In this document: in pieces, positions 37,601 to 47,387 of the stretch
Numbering within the stretch: the first letter of the stretch is position 1
Layout of the letters: every line of letters begins with the position of its first letter
NCBI GenBank assembly: GCA_905178155.1
Contig: CAJINV010000001.1
Span: 1,371,363-1,435,362 of the forward strand
Reading direction: 5' to 3'
DNA: 64,000 nucleotides
Source of the DNA: Amoebophrya sp. A120
Lineage: Eukaryota; Protista; Dinoflagellata
Made by a program: the position numbers and the translations under genes
Notes under the pieces: generated by a model
What the model saw: only the letters and a program-made list of their open reading frames with translations
Database searches by the model: none
Told to the model about the DNA's origin: nothing

Positions 37601-37962
37601 AATTATACAGGAGAAAAAACCTGTCCTCGTCATGCGCATGTAGTTGTACGGGAAAACACGACGACGTATGGTCCGCTGAGCCTGTTAAGACGCACATCCA
37701 GCATGACAAGCCGTGATTCTTGTTTTACATACATCCGCAACAGCACAAACTTACACTCGTTACACAGTTTTTTCTCGCATAGCGCGCGTATCGGAAGTGC
37801 CTGGAGTGTTTGGATTCGCTCGGTCCCGTGATCCCGGAGTCTCGCGTCGACTTGCTCGCGCTGCAGAGGTCCTGCGCACACAACTTACGCCTGCTCTTCT
37901 GCCACGCCGGCAATCTGCAGCAGGCGGAAAGCATCGCGAAAAAATATCTCGCGATTGTCTGA
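28696..37962 (+). CDS. GTF3C3: RNA polymerase III transcription factor TFIIIC TPR subunit (Tfc4/tau131) with 20 introner introns
   Basis: Acidic N-terminus followed by TPRs (MMKKANKEYFGGQYAECKQTIKEI..YMLLANVHEKEGQEEKAL). C-terminus GHCSCMSG..KEYARA..P.NPL..LCLG..RRHAEVLRG..ETWYNVGRGHHLLG..AHNLRLLF..AGN follows the GTF3C3 C-terminal pattern as I recall it. Stop at 37960-37962. Confidence 0.85.
28920..29133. mobile_element. Introner F6
   Basis: TIRs; DR ggcaa/aacaa. Confidence 0.85.
29385..29696. mobile_element. Introner F8 (TIR TATGG..TGTCAGG.TTGAAATCGTCAAAGTTGAAA)
   Basis: ~37-bp TIR; DR ggtgg. Confidence 0.9.
29872..30014. mobile_element. Introner F3
   Basis: TIRs; DR cgtct/cgttt. Confidence 0.85.
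30221..30434. mobile_element. Introner F9 (TIR TATC..AGAAAAAAGTGTTACAGTTAC)
   Basis: TIRs; DR gttga. Confidence 0.9.
30627..30888. mobile_element. Introner F1
   Basis: TIRs; DR aacct. Confidence 0.9.
30931..31075. mobile_element. Introner F3
   Basis: TIRs; DR gcaac. Confidence 0.9.
31653..31917. mobile_element. Introner F1
   Basis: TIRs; DR ctggt. Confidence 0.9.
31980..32296. mobile_element. Introner F4
   Basis: TIRs; DR gtgga. Confidence 0.9.
32440..32626. mobile_element. Introner F10 (TIR TATGG.GYTCTCAAACGTTACA-type)
   Basis: TIRs; DR gcact. Confidence 0.9.
32880..33089. mobile_element. Degenerate introner F3
   Basis: Decayed TIRs; DR gaagc/gagga. Confidence 0.7.
33145..33396. mobile_element. 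Introner F1
   Basis: TIRs; DR cgaac. Confidence 0.9.
33449..33769. mobile_element. Introner F4
   Basis: TIRs; DR gaccg. Confidence 0.9.
34248..34549. mobile_element. Introner F2 (variant CAT..ACA ends)
   Basis: TIRs; DR caacg/caatg. Confidence 0.8.
34592..34920. mobile_element. Introner F4
   Basis: TIRs; DR gcggc. Confidence 0.9.
35183..35517. mobile_element. Introner F4
   Basis: TIRs; DR gctgg. Confidence 0.85.
35554..35793. mobile_element. Introner F10
   Basis: TIRs; DR tttct. Confidence 0.9.
36286..36564. mobile_element. Introner F2
   Basis: ~30-bp TIR; DR cgtcg. Confidence 0.92.
36712..37020. mobile_element. Introner F11 (TIR TATTACA..GAAAAGTGCCCCC-type)
   Basis: TIRs; DR gcacc. 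Confidence 0.88.
37155..37448. mobile_element. Degenerate F1-like introner
   Basis: TATGCATT..AATGCATA ends; DR agcac/agcag. Confidence 0.75.
37517..37781. mobile_element. Introner F7
   Basis: TIRs; DR gcact/gcgcg; frame restored. Confidence 0.8.
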
Positions 37963-38837
37963 TGAAGTACTTCTAGAGGCATCATGTAGAAGACCTGCTA
38001 AAGATCTTTTTCGGCAGATCGTCGTGTGGGAGGGACGGCTTTTTACTCCTACCAGCTTATGCACTACACACACAACAAATTTTGTCGCTGCCGCGGCAGA
38101 TGAAGATGCAACACAAACATGAATGAATCCGCATGAGAGCTGCACCTGTTCTACTCTCATTGTTCGGAAATACTGACATTAGGGGGCTCCTGGCTGAAAT
38201 ATTAATGAGCTTCGGCAGTTCTTTCGTCTTCGTGGCAACCGGCCTCGCACCTCTTCGTGAGTGCTGTATCTCAAGCGACAAGTTTTATTTGGTTCATACG
38301 TGAATTTTTATTTTCGCATATCATCTGGGCCTCTTAGACGATTTTCACAGCATTTTTAGCCTCTTTTCTGATTGTGCGCTAGTGCTACTGTAGTTTTATG
38401 CGATTTCCCCAGAAAAATTCGCCGCACTGTGTCTGTGGTATTCGTTCTGCTCGTAGAAGTTGACGAATCGTTTCTGCTCGTTGGCAACCTGGGTGGGAAT
38501 TGATACATAAATATAGTAGATACAAAAATATACTTGCACGCATTGCGTATGCGTAAAATCAAAATGAAATTCCATCGTAGCTTGGTCGTGATCTGATCGT
38601 GAGCTAAAATAACTTCACCGCAACTTTCTCGCTCAGGAGAAATTTCTGCTCTTTTACTGCTTTTAAAGGGTCGTGATGCTTTTCTTGTATCTAACCACGC
38701 AGGATTAGGATCGCAAGTTCAAGTAGCATTGAAAATCTAGAAATTGCAGCAACCTCACTTTGCTTGTAGCCACTTCTTTGAGGCAGAGTTCTCCTTATTT
38801 GCTTAGGTCCGAAGAGGGTCGCTTTTGACAAAAAAAA

Positions 38838-41800
38838 ATGCAAAGACTGTCGCTCTCTGTCTGTGCTGTGTTGCTGGCAGAAATATTTGACCTGCAGCTT
38901 TACTCACCGCATCTGCGCCCTGTCTTTGCACTGGAGCTCGAGGCTCTCGTCCCGGGCGAGAAATCTCTACTGGCGAAGGGGTCCCGCAGACGACACGACC
39001 GGGCCTCTAGTGAAGACCACGGAGCAAGACCTCCTTCTAGCTCGACGTCATTGCTAACGCGAAAATTGAAAGCGGGTTCTTGGAGAGCGCATAGTACAAA
39101 TTTAGAATCCCGCCGGTCACGTGCCGAGCACGAACAGCCTCCGCCTGTCCAGGCGTCATCGGATGAAGATCTTGCAGTGTTTATCCTGAGTAAAAACGTA
39201 CCCACACCAGAGTCAGGATGGGGATTTTGCAACACAAACCGTAGGAGTTTTGTGAGTCACGCATGACAAGTTGCACTCTGCAGTGTAGTGCAGGTTAGCA
39301 AGTGCAGCCGCATCACAAATCCAGCTGCTCATCCTGTTCACAGCATCACAAATTCCAAAGCACGATTGGAAATGGCTCTCATGGGGATGCGCATTACAAG
39401 TCTTCCTGTCTTTGCAAATCTGCGCTACAACTCTGGCGTGGGTACGTTTTTACTCAGGATAGTGTTGGGCGGCTTCGCGTCCGCCGGAGTGGCGCCGCCC
39501 GATCCTGTATCAAGTGTAAAAATGTCTGGGTCTGGAAGAATGCGCGACTTGTCATGCTGCTTTTCCATGACCCATGGGGTCTGGAATGCCGGAGCTAGCA
39601 TGACAGACTCCGCGAGACCTTTCTAATGCCTATCCTGCATGACAAACTACCTCCCGACTTGGTCAAAATTGGGCGACTTTTGGTAATCATGCAGCACAGC
39701 TTTTTGCATGCTGCAGATTTAGCATGACAAGTTGCAATCTTCCAGACCCAGACATTTTTACATTTGATATCCTGCGATGCTGGATTTCACCTCGCGCGCT
39801 GGAGGCGGTCGCGCACCTCCTGCCCCGGCCCCGAGCGACTTGCCCAGCAAGTTAGCCTCGTCGCGTCCCGACCAACCCGCGGAAAGAGTCAGTGCGTGCT
39901 GTGGTGAAGAGACCGGAATCGAGAGCGTCGCGCGCGTTGCCGTATTGAACAAAAACACATCTTCAGTGGTAGACGATGCAAACGTAGTTCTTTCTACGTC
40001 AGCAGAAGAGGACTTATTAAACTTCTCCACATCAACGCCGGCGCCGCTTACCCCCCCATCTTGGGCGGGAAGCGGCGACACGGACCCGACCACGACGCAG
40101 ACGCCGGTACTAGCTTCGTCCAAACCTAAACCCATATCTTCTAGCAGTAGCAGCTCCACCACTGTTCCACCCCAGCCAGCAACAATATCCTTTGAGTTTT
40201 TTCTGCGCGCCTGCGGCGGCGGGAACAGTGACTCGACCGGGGCTTTGGTAATCACGGTCGAAACCGACACGGGGGCGACTTGGCAAACGCAGAAGGTGTT
40301 TCGGCAAGCGGGGCAGCAGGAGCGCTTCCGTTCGCCTGTGCTGGACGGGTCTCAACTGGGCACGCTGCGACTGTCCCACTCGGGGTCCAACGGACTGTGC
40401 ATGGCGGAAGTGAAAATTGACGGCCGCGAGGCGTTTGACGGACAAAATTTCTGGTTCGATGAGCCATGCACCAGCTCGATGTACGAAGGTGGGCCGTGCT
40501 TTTCGGGACCCGCCGGCCGGGTCGCAAACGTAGTAGAAGTACAACGGACGACGACCAGTGCTCCAGCCTCGACGACTCCCGGTCCGAGTGGGCAGTACAT
40601 CCCAGCTCGCTGTCAAGCTGCGCAGGTCCGGCCGGGGACGCCCGCGATATCCCAAAAAAAAAAGCTGGCAGGGCATATTTGTAGTGTAAAAAGAAATACA
40701 CGCAAAAACTTGCCATGGGTGGCCCCATAGCATAGCATGCTGCTTCGGATATGCAATGCAGATTTTTTTGTGTATTTATTTTTGCATTACATGCCCTGGC
40801 AGCTTTTTTCTGTGTGATACGCGACGGCTGAAGAATACGTGGACGGGGTAAAGGGCGTGTTCATGAGCATTGCCGACTGGGGATGGACGGGGTACCGGGA
40901 AGCGTCGTCTGCGGAGTGCCAAAAGGCCATTGCGCGGGAAGCGATCGGTTACCTTCGGGACCGGGGCATGGTGCATCTTTTGAAGTTATCAACGGAAAAT
41001 ACGTCTGGGTCTGGAAGGATGCGAACTTGTCATGCTAGTCTGCCATGACTCCGAACTCTGTATTGCATGGCAGCGAAGAGCTCCTCCTCCCTGTCATGCA
41101 AAAACGCAGTTTCTCATGCAGAGGACGCAACTCTGACCGGCGAAAAAACTTGTCATGCTGGGCAGCGCATTACAGTGCGCTCACTCTTTCCTTTCTTGCA
41201 TCACAAGTTTCCAGACCCAGACATTTACATAGGCTTTAGCTGTTTAAAGAGCTCAAATCATATACAAGCAATTCTCTGCGATAAAGATAAAATTACAAGC
41301 ATAGAAGTTTTTCTCATGATCTCAGATAGTTCGAAATTTGCATTACAAATTCATGATCTCGCACACTCTGTCTAAATTCCTGCACATAGTTCCTTCCATG
41401 TTCCATGTCATAAAATCTTTCCATTCAAAATCGTTGATCAAATTTAGTTCCCATGGTGAAGATCCTTACTCGAATGCGGTGATAGTTGTTAACTATAATT
41501 TTGGATGCGCATTTGGGGTAAGGGTCATGAACAGTAGTAGTGTCAGCGAATAGTAGTGAGCATGCACCCACGGTGTGCTATTCGCACGGCCATGACACTA
41601 CTGCGCGAGCACCCACAGGCTCCCAGGTGCCTAGCGCTTTGGCCAGCGTTGCACCTCGGTAGAGCCTGCGGGACCCCGTGGGCAGAAGTTCATTGCACCC
41701 AATTTGTATGTTGCGCAAGTGATAGTAAAAGTAGTAATAGTTAGTTCCACCGGTGGACGTATTAGCATGTTTAATCTCTCTATACATAGTGAATACACGT

Positions 41801-44056
41801 AGTTCTCTTTTATTTTCTTTCTTCAAAAAAGTTCAAGTCGTTCTCTTCCCTGTGCTGTAACAAGGTCTTGTTTCCAGACAAAACACCAGACATTTTTGCA
41901 ATGCATAGAAGTTTGTGCTTGCTGGCGGCGACAACATTTACGATGGCATCCTCGAAGACAGGAACCGATTCTACGAGAGTTTTCTCTCCCGATACGACAC
42001 AGAGCTGACGTGCGTGCCCTGGTATGCAGTGCTCGGGAACCACGACATGGGCGGCCAGAATCATAAAACCTGCTGGCCCTACCCGGACGCGTCCAATTGC
42101 GGGCAGGTCAACGGGGACGTGGAATTCGTCCGTACCTCGAAAGACTGCACACGGAGCCGACCGTTTGGGAGCCGAGAGACCGTCCCTGACTGCTGGGCCA
42201 TGCCGAAAGCGTCGTACAGCGTGACAGCCTGGGAAGAAGAGTTGAACTTGACCATAATAGTCACGGACGGAAACGAGTTGTGGAAGAATGGGTATCCTTT
42301 TAACACGTGGGGGCACCGCGAGACGGCCGGCCCGTTGGCAATTCTGCGTCAGGAGGGAGAAAACGAGCTGCGGAGCCGGTTACGGCAGCCCACCGCGAAG
42401 AACATAGTGGTGTTGAATCACTACCTACCAAATGCAAAAATGTCTGGGTCTGGAAGAGTGCATGTTTGTCATGCTTGTCTGGCATGACTCTTAAAGCTGT
42501 CATGCACGTTGCCCAAGAGGAAGAGCCGCTTTTTTCTCTCATGCGGAGACGCAGTTTGTCATGCAGAATGGGTAACACCTACAAGGAGCTCAGAAATTTG
42601 TCATGCTGAGCCAGCACTTGTGGCCTCCTCATGCTACGCCACTCAGCATCACAAGTTTCCAGACCCAGACACTTTTGCATTTGATACTACCCCTACTACG
42701 GCGCGGGTGACTCGCGCAGGTTGTACCAGCAAGACTTGGAATACGCGGTCCGGTATCAAATGTAAAAGTGTCTGGGTCTGGAAGAGTCATGCTGACAGCA
42801 TGATTTGCTGTTTTTGCAGGACACAGAAGGTCTGGCATGGAAGCTCTAGCATCACAGGTTTCGAGAAGCTTCCGCAATGCCGAACCCGCATGAGAAATTC
42901 CCCACTTTGGTGACAGAAAGTCGGCAGCTTTTGCTACCTATGCGTGAGAGATTTTTCTATGTTCTAAAATGCGCATCACAAGTTCGGATCCTTCCAGACC
43001 CAGACGTTTTTGCATTTCATATCCGGGAGCAGGGGAAGAGCGTGTTTTTCTTCGCCGGACACACGCACGACACGAATCATACGGGACTCTCAAACGTCAC
43101 ATTCTCAACTGTTGCGCGAATTTGTCATGCAGATGCAAAATTGGAGCCAACATGCATCTACAGGACCAAGCTGCTTCGCATGACAAGTTCTCGACGCGCT
43201 AGATAGCATGTTAATCTGCTCCAAACCTGTAACGCAAAAGGCGCAACCTTTTCCCTTTAACTTTTGTCATTCTTGCATATACAAATTTCATGCAACAGTT
43301 GAGAATGTAAAACGTTTGAGAACACCATAAATCAGCCGAAAAACTTTAACCCCCATTGGGATGTGCAGCACTACATCAGCGGGGGGGCGGGAGGGTACTG
43401 CTCGGATCAATGTGGTCGTGGCTGGGGCGGTATGCATTGCAAATATGTCTTCTGGAAGAATCCAAGGTTTGTCATGCTCTGCTAGCATGACTCGAAAGGC
43501 TGTCATGCTCATTACCCGAAAGCCCGCCCATTTTTCTGTCATGCAGAAACGCGATTTGTCATGCAGAATACACAAGACCGTAGGCACTCAGAAACTTTTC
43601 ATGCTGAGCTGCAAGTTGAGGCGTCATCTCGATTGTCCTACCCGCATCACAAGTTTCCAGACCCAGACATATTTGCAATGCATAGGCGGCGTAAACTTCG
43701 GACTCGTGAAGGTGGACGGAACCATCGAGGTAGTAAAAGTATCAAATGCAAAAATGTCTGGGTCTGGGAAGTTAGAACTTGTGATGCTAACTTTGGACTC
43801 TAAAAAAATCTGTATTGCATGACCAGCAAGAGGAGCCACATTTGTGCTACGCGAGGAGGGCATTTGTCATGCGGAAATGGCATCAGGAAGCTTTCCAAAA
43901 ATCTGTGATGCTGGGTCATGCATTACAAGCATCATGGGTCATGCCAGACAAGCATGACAAGCCTTCCATTCTTCCAGACCCAGACATTTTTGCATTTGAT
44001 AAAAAGCACCGGTCAACAAGAAGATCCAGGAGTGCACTCAGTTTCCGAAGCGCTAG
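38838..44056 (+). CDS. Secreted calcineurin-like metallophosphoesterase (purple acid phosphatase type) with a PLAT-like domain and 9 introner introns
   Basis: Hydrophobic N-terminus. The spliced frame carries all motifs in order: SIADWG, GGDNIY, PWYAVLGNHD, VVLNHYP, FFAGHTHD, YISGGAGG. Stop TAG at 44054-44056. Confidence 0.85.
39182..39461. mobile_element. Introner F2 (inverted relative to 36286-36564)
   Basis: TIRs; DR gtgtt. Confidence 0.92.
39508..39769. mobile_element. Introner F1
   Basis: TIRs; DR tcctg. Confidence 0.92.
40648..40819. mobile_element. Introner F12 (TIR TATC..AAAAAAGCTGGCAGGGCA)
   Basis: TIRs; DR cgcga. Confidence 0.9.
40987..41907. mobile_element. Compound introner F1 with a ~660-bp insert in its right TIR
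   Basis: DR gaagt; restores LKFVLAGGDN. Confidence 0.85.
42426..42686. mobile_element. Introner F1
   Basis: TIRs; DR ctacc. Confidence 0.9.
42754..43021. mobile_element. Introner F1
   Basis: TIRs; DR tccgg. Confidence 0.9.
43080..43329. mobile_element. Introner F10
   Basis: TIRs; DR aatca. Confidence 0.88.
43431..43684. mobile_element. Introner F1
   Basis: TIRs; DR ggcgg. Confidence 0.9.
43740..44001. mobile_element. Introner F1
   Basis: TIRs; DR aaaag. Confidence 0.92.
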
Positions 44057-44741
44057 CGGGGCATTGGTGGCTCCACGACCAAGGTGGAGAAGTAATGTTC
44101 TTATGTATTCCCGACCGGAAGAGAGCGAGGAAGTTGTCCAGGAAGGCGCCAACGCCGAAGAAGCAGCACTAGTTGCTGTTGAACCCAACAACTAAACCCT
44201 TTCTCTTTACAACCCTTTACATTTACTGGGTAACATTCATCATCATCATCATTTTTATCTTGTGTCTGCATAAAACATCTACATCATCGAGCTTCAGCTG
44301 ATTGAGTGGGTGGTCAATTTGTGAATAATTCATTGTGTATGTGGATGTGCTATGTATGAATCTTGTTGAGAATGAGAATAATAAGTCTGACTATGTCTGC
44401 CTGCCGGCTAGGACGCCATTGATTTATTGATTTTTAAGTATTAGAAATTAAGCTTCGACGTCTTCGCGTCTTCCCCTCCACTTGAAGAATTCCGTGCGTC
44501 CGTGTTCGTCTTCACGTCAAAAATGTTCGACTCCATCCGCGAGTGTTTGACTCGATTCGCAGCGATATCTATTTCGTTCATATCGTCCATCGCTTGGATG
44601 TTATCACATGAAGTGGTGTGTGAGCAACGAGGAGAGCAGAGATGAATTCAGGGGGTAGATACTTAGCTTCTTTTTATCTAGAGTACCAAGGGGGGAAGAA
44701 AAAGAATACCAAAGGAGGGAAGTATATAGTTAGAAAATTTA

Positions 44742-47387
44742 TTGGTGGAAAATAAAGAATGCCATCGCGAACCTGATTCGCGAGCCTCGACGAGCTGTAC
44801 CTCCGGGGACGCCGGCCGCGGCATAATCGATCTTCAGCACGAAGGACTACGAGGTGGGGGATCACGACCCACCAGCACGAGGACGATAGTCGCTTCCGTC
44901 CTCGGGTATTCTTCTATCCTGGCGAAGCTGCTGCTGCTGCAAATTTTCGCCGGTTTTGCGTCGCTCGGTGCTTTCTTTCTCATCTTCGCGCAGGATTTCC
45001 TTGTCGCGCCACTGGTCACGGGACTCGAGAACGTGGTGGTGAAACACGACGTATCAAATGTAAAAATGTCTGGGTCTGGAAGAGTGAGCGATTTGTCACG
45101 CAGCTTTTCCATGACCCATGAGGTCTGGAATGCAGGACCTAGCATGACAGATTCTGCGCGATCTCTCTCATGCTTATCCTGCATGAGAAACTCCCTCCCG
45201 ACTTGGTCAAAACTGGACGACTTTTGGTAATCATGCAACACAGATTCGTGCTTGCTTCAGATTTAGCATGACAAGTTGCATTCTTCCAGACCCAGACATT
45301 TTTACATTTGATACGACGCCGGAGTGCGAAGAGGATGCCGCCGCTACCGACGTGGACTACACCGACGAGGCCGCGGCCGCACTGGGCCGAAGCAAAAATA
45401 CGTTCGAAACCGCAACTCCCTCCGCGTTCCAGGTGAAGCAAAAGCAAGCGATTGCAGCAGATGATGAGATGAAAACTACTACCTCCTCCGCTGTTTCTGT
45501 TCCCTCGAAAAATACCAAACATCGCCCCTCGGTGCCGCCAGTGGGCTTTTTTCAGCTGTCCGCGCCGGGCGATGATCCGCAATTTGTCGAGGATCTGGGC
45601 ATGTACGGACAGTACGAACGGCGCCTGTCGACGCAGGTGGCGAACGCCACCAAGTGGGGGCACATCAAGCAGGCCACCACGGCGGCCGCAAAGGACGATG
45701 ATACGCAATTTGTCGAGGATCTGGGCATCTACGCACAGTACGAACGGCGCCTGTCGACGCAGGTGGCGAACGCCACCCACTGGAAGGACGTCAAGGTCAC
45801 TTTCGATGATCCGCAATTTGTCGAGGATCTGAGCAACTACACCAAGTACGAGCAGCGCCTGTCGACGCAGGTGGCGAACGCCACCAAGTGGGAGCACATC
45901 AAGGCCACCATGGCGGCCGCCCCAGACATGCCCCCAAAGCTTGTGTTGAAGTTCGTGGAGTCCGACCACACGCCGGATTTGCTGCTGACGAAGGCCGAGC
46001 TGCCCGCTGCCTGGCAAAGCATGTTCAACTCGACGGAGCTCGCGGAGGCGGGTGTGGGTGTGACCCCGTCCTGCTTCGGAACCTGCTGTTCGGCCGCGTA
46101 TCAAATGCAAAAATGTCTGCGTCTGGAAGAGTGCCAGACTTGTCACGCAGATTTTCCATGACCCATGACGCCTGTAATGCATAACCTGGCATCACAGATT
46201 TTTACCAGCCTTTCTGATGCCTATCCCGCATGAGAAACGCCCTCTCCATATAGTACAAACTTGACCCCTCTTGCTGATCATGCAGATAGAATGCAGAGAC
46301 AGTATCACAAGGTGCAATCTTCCAGACCCAGACATATTTGCGTTTGATACCGCGTACCAGACCACGACGACGTCGGGCGAGGACAAGTCTGCACTCTTCG
46401 ACCGACCGTGGTATCAATTGCAAATATGTCTGGGTCTGGAACTAGAGTGCAAACTTGTAATGCAGGTTTTCCATGACCCACGAGGTCTGGAGTGCGGGAC
46501 CTAGCGTGCCAGGCTCTGTGAGCTCTCTATCATGCCTACCCTGCACGAGAAACTCCCTCCCAACTTAGTCGAAAGTGGACAGCTTTTGGCACTCATGCAA
46601 CAGAGATTTCATCCCCCAAGGCAGCGGGATTTCATCCCCCAAGGCAGCGATAGTGGTTGACGAGGGGTTCAAAGACTCATGCAACACAGATTTTTGCATG
46701 ATTCAGATTTAGCAAAATGACGAGCTGCAATCTTCCAGACCCAGACAACATATTTGCAGTTGATACGCAGGACGAAGAGACGACATCCAGCGACGTGGAA
46801 GACGAAGACGCGTGGCGTATCCTGTGTAAAAACGTCCCCACCCCAGAGTCAAGATGGGAAATCTGCTAGACAAATCAGCCAACTTTGGCTGTTGCTCATG
46901 ACAAGTCTGGCCTCGTGGTGTAATCCTGATCAGCTTGCTCAGCGGCATCACAGATCTCGCGCATTATGCTGATTGGAGCAATAGAAATCTGAAAACACGA
47001 CGAGAAATAAACGCTTGCCATAGGGGTTCGCATCAGAAACATTTTCATCATGCAGCCTTGCATTAGAAATATGGTGTGGGGACGTTTTTACATAGGATAT
47101 GGCAGTTTGGGATCGCGTTGAAAATATCCTGTGCAAAAGTATCGTACTCGTAGTAATTGCAGCCATGCATTGCAAATTTTTTTCCAAAGGTAAATTTTCT
47201 TTCTTATGCTGAGGGAATTTGTGATGCACTTATACGAGTGCGATACCTTTGCAATGCATAGAAAAAGCGCAAGCATGCTAAGCGGCCGAAGGAAAATCTG
47301 GCGGAGGCCGTGACGGCGACGGGATTATCTGTTTGGAACAGCCTGGCTAAGGCTTGCGGGTGCGAAGAACATCTTTACGGATTATAG
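44742..47387 (+). CDS. Hypothetical protein with 3 internal repeats (DDPQFVEDLxxYxxYERRLSTQVANATxW); 5' end uncertain
   Basis: Frame is open from 45314 to TAG 47385-47387 after removing 4 introners. The first junction (45052) has a frame anomaly and no ATG was found. Confidence 0.5.
45052..45313. mobile_element. Introner F1
   Basis: TIRs; DR cgacg. Confidence 0.92.
45570..45908 (+). repeat. Three coding tandem repeats (108-126 bp)
   Basis: cgcaatttgtcgaggatctg...cgcctgtcgacgcaggtggcgaacgccacc x3. Confidence 0.9.
46099..46349. mobile_element. Introner F1 (inverted relative to 43740-44001)
   Basis: TIRs; DR ccgcg. Confidence 0.9.
46412..46765. mobile_element. Introner F1 with internal insert
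   Basis: TIRs; DR cgtgg/cgcag. Confidence 0.85.
46818..47099. mobile_element. Introner F2
   Basis: TIRs; DR tggcg/tggca. Confidence 0.88.
47125..47260. mobile_element. Introner F3
   Basis: TIRs; DR gaaaa. Confidence 0.9.

Noticed and set aside
45139-46182. 347-aa minus-strand ORF
   Set aside because: It is an antisense shadow of the GC-rich plus-strand repeat exon, and both of its ends lie in introners.
30427-46423. Recurrent short ORF peptides ([35 protein letters not shown]) as a protein family
   Set aside because: They are translations of the F1 TIR in different frames.
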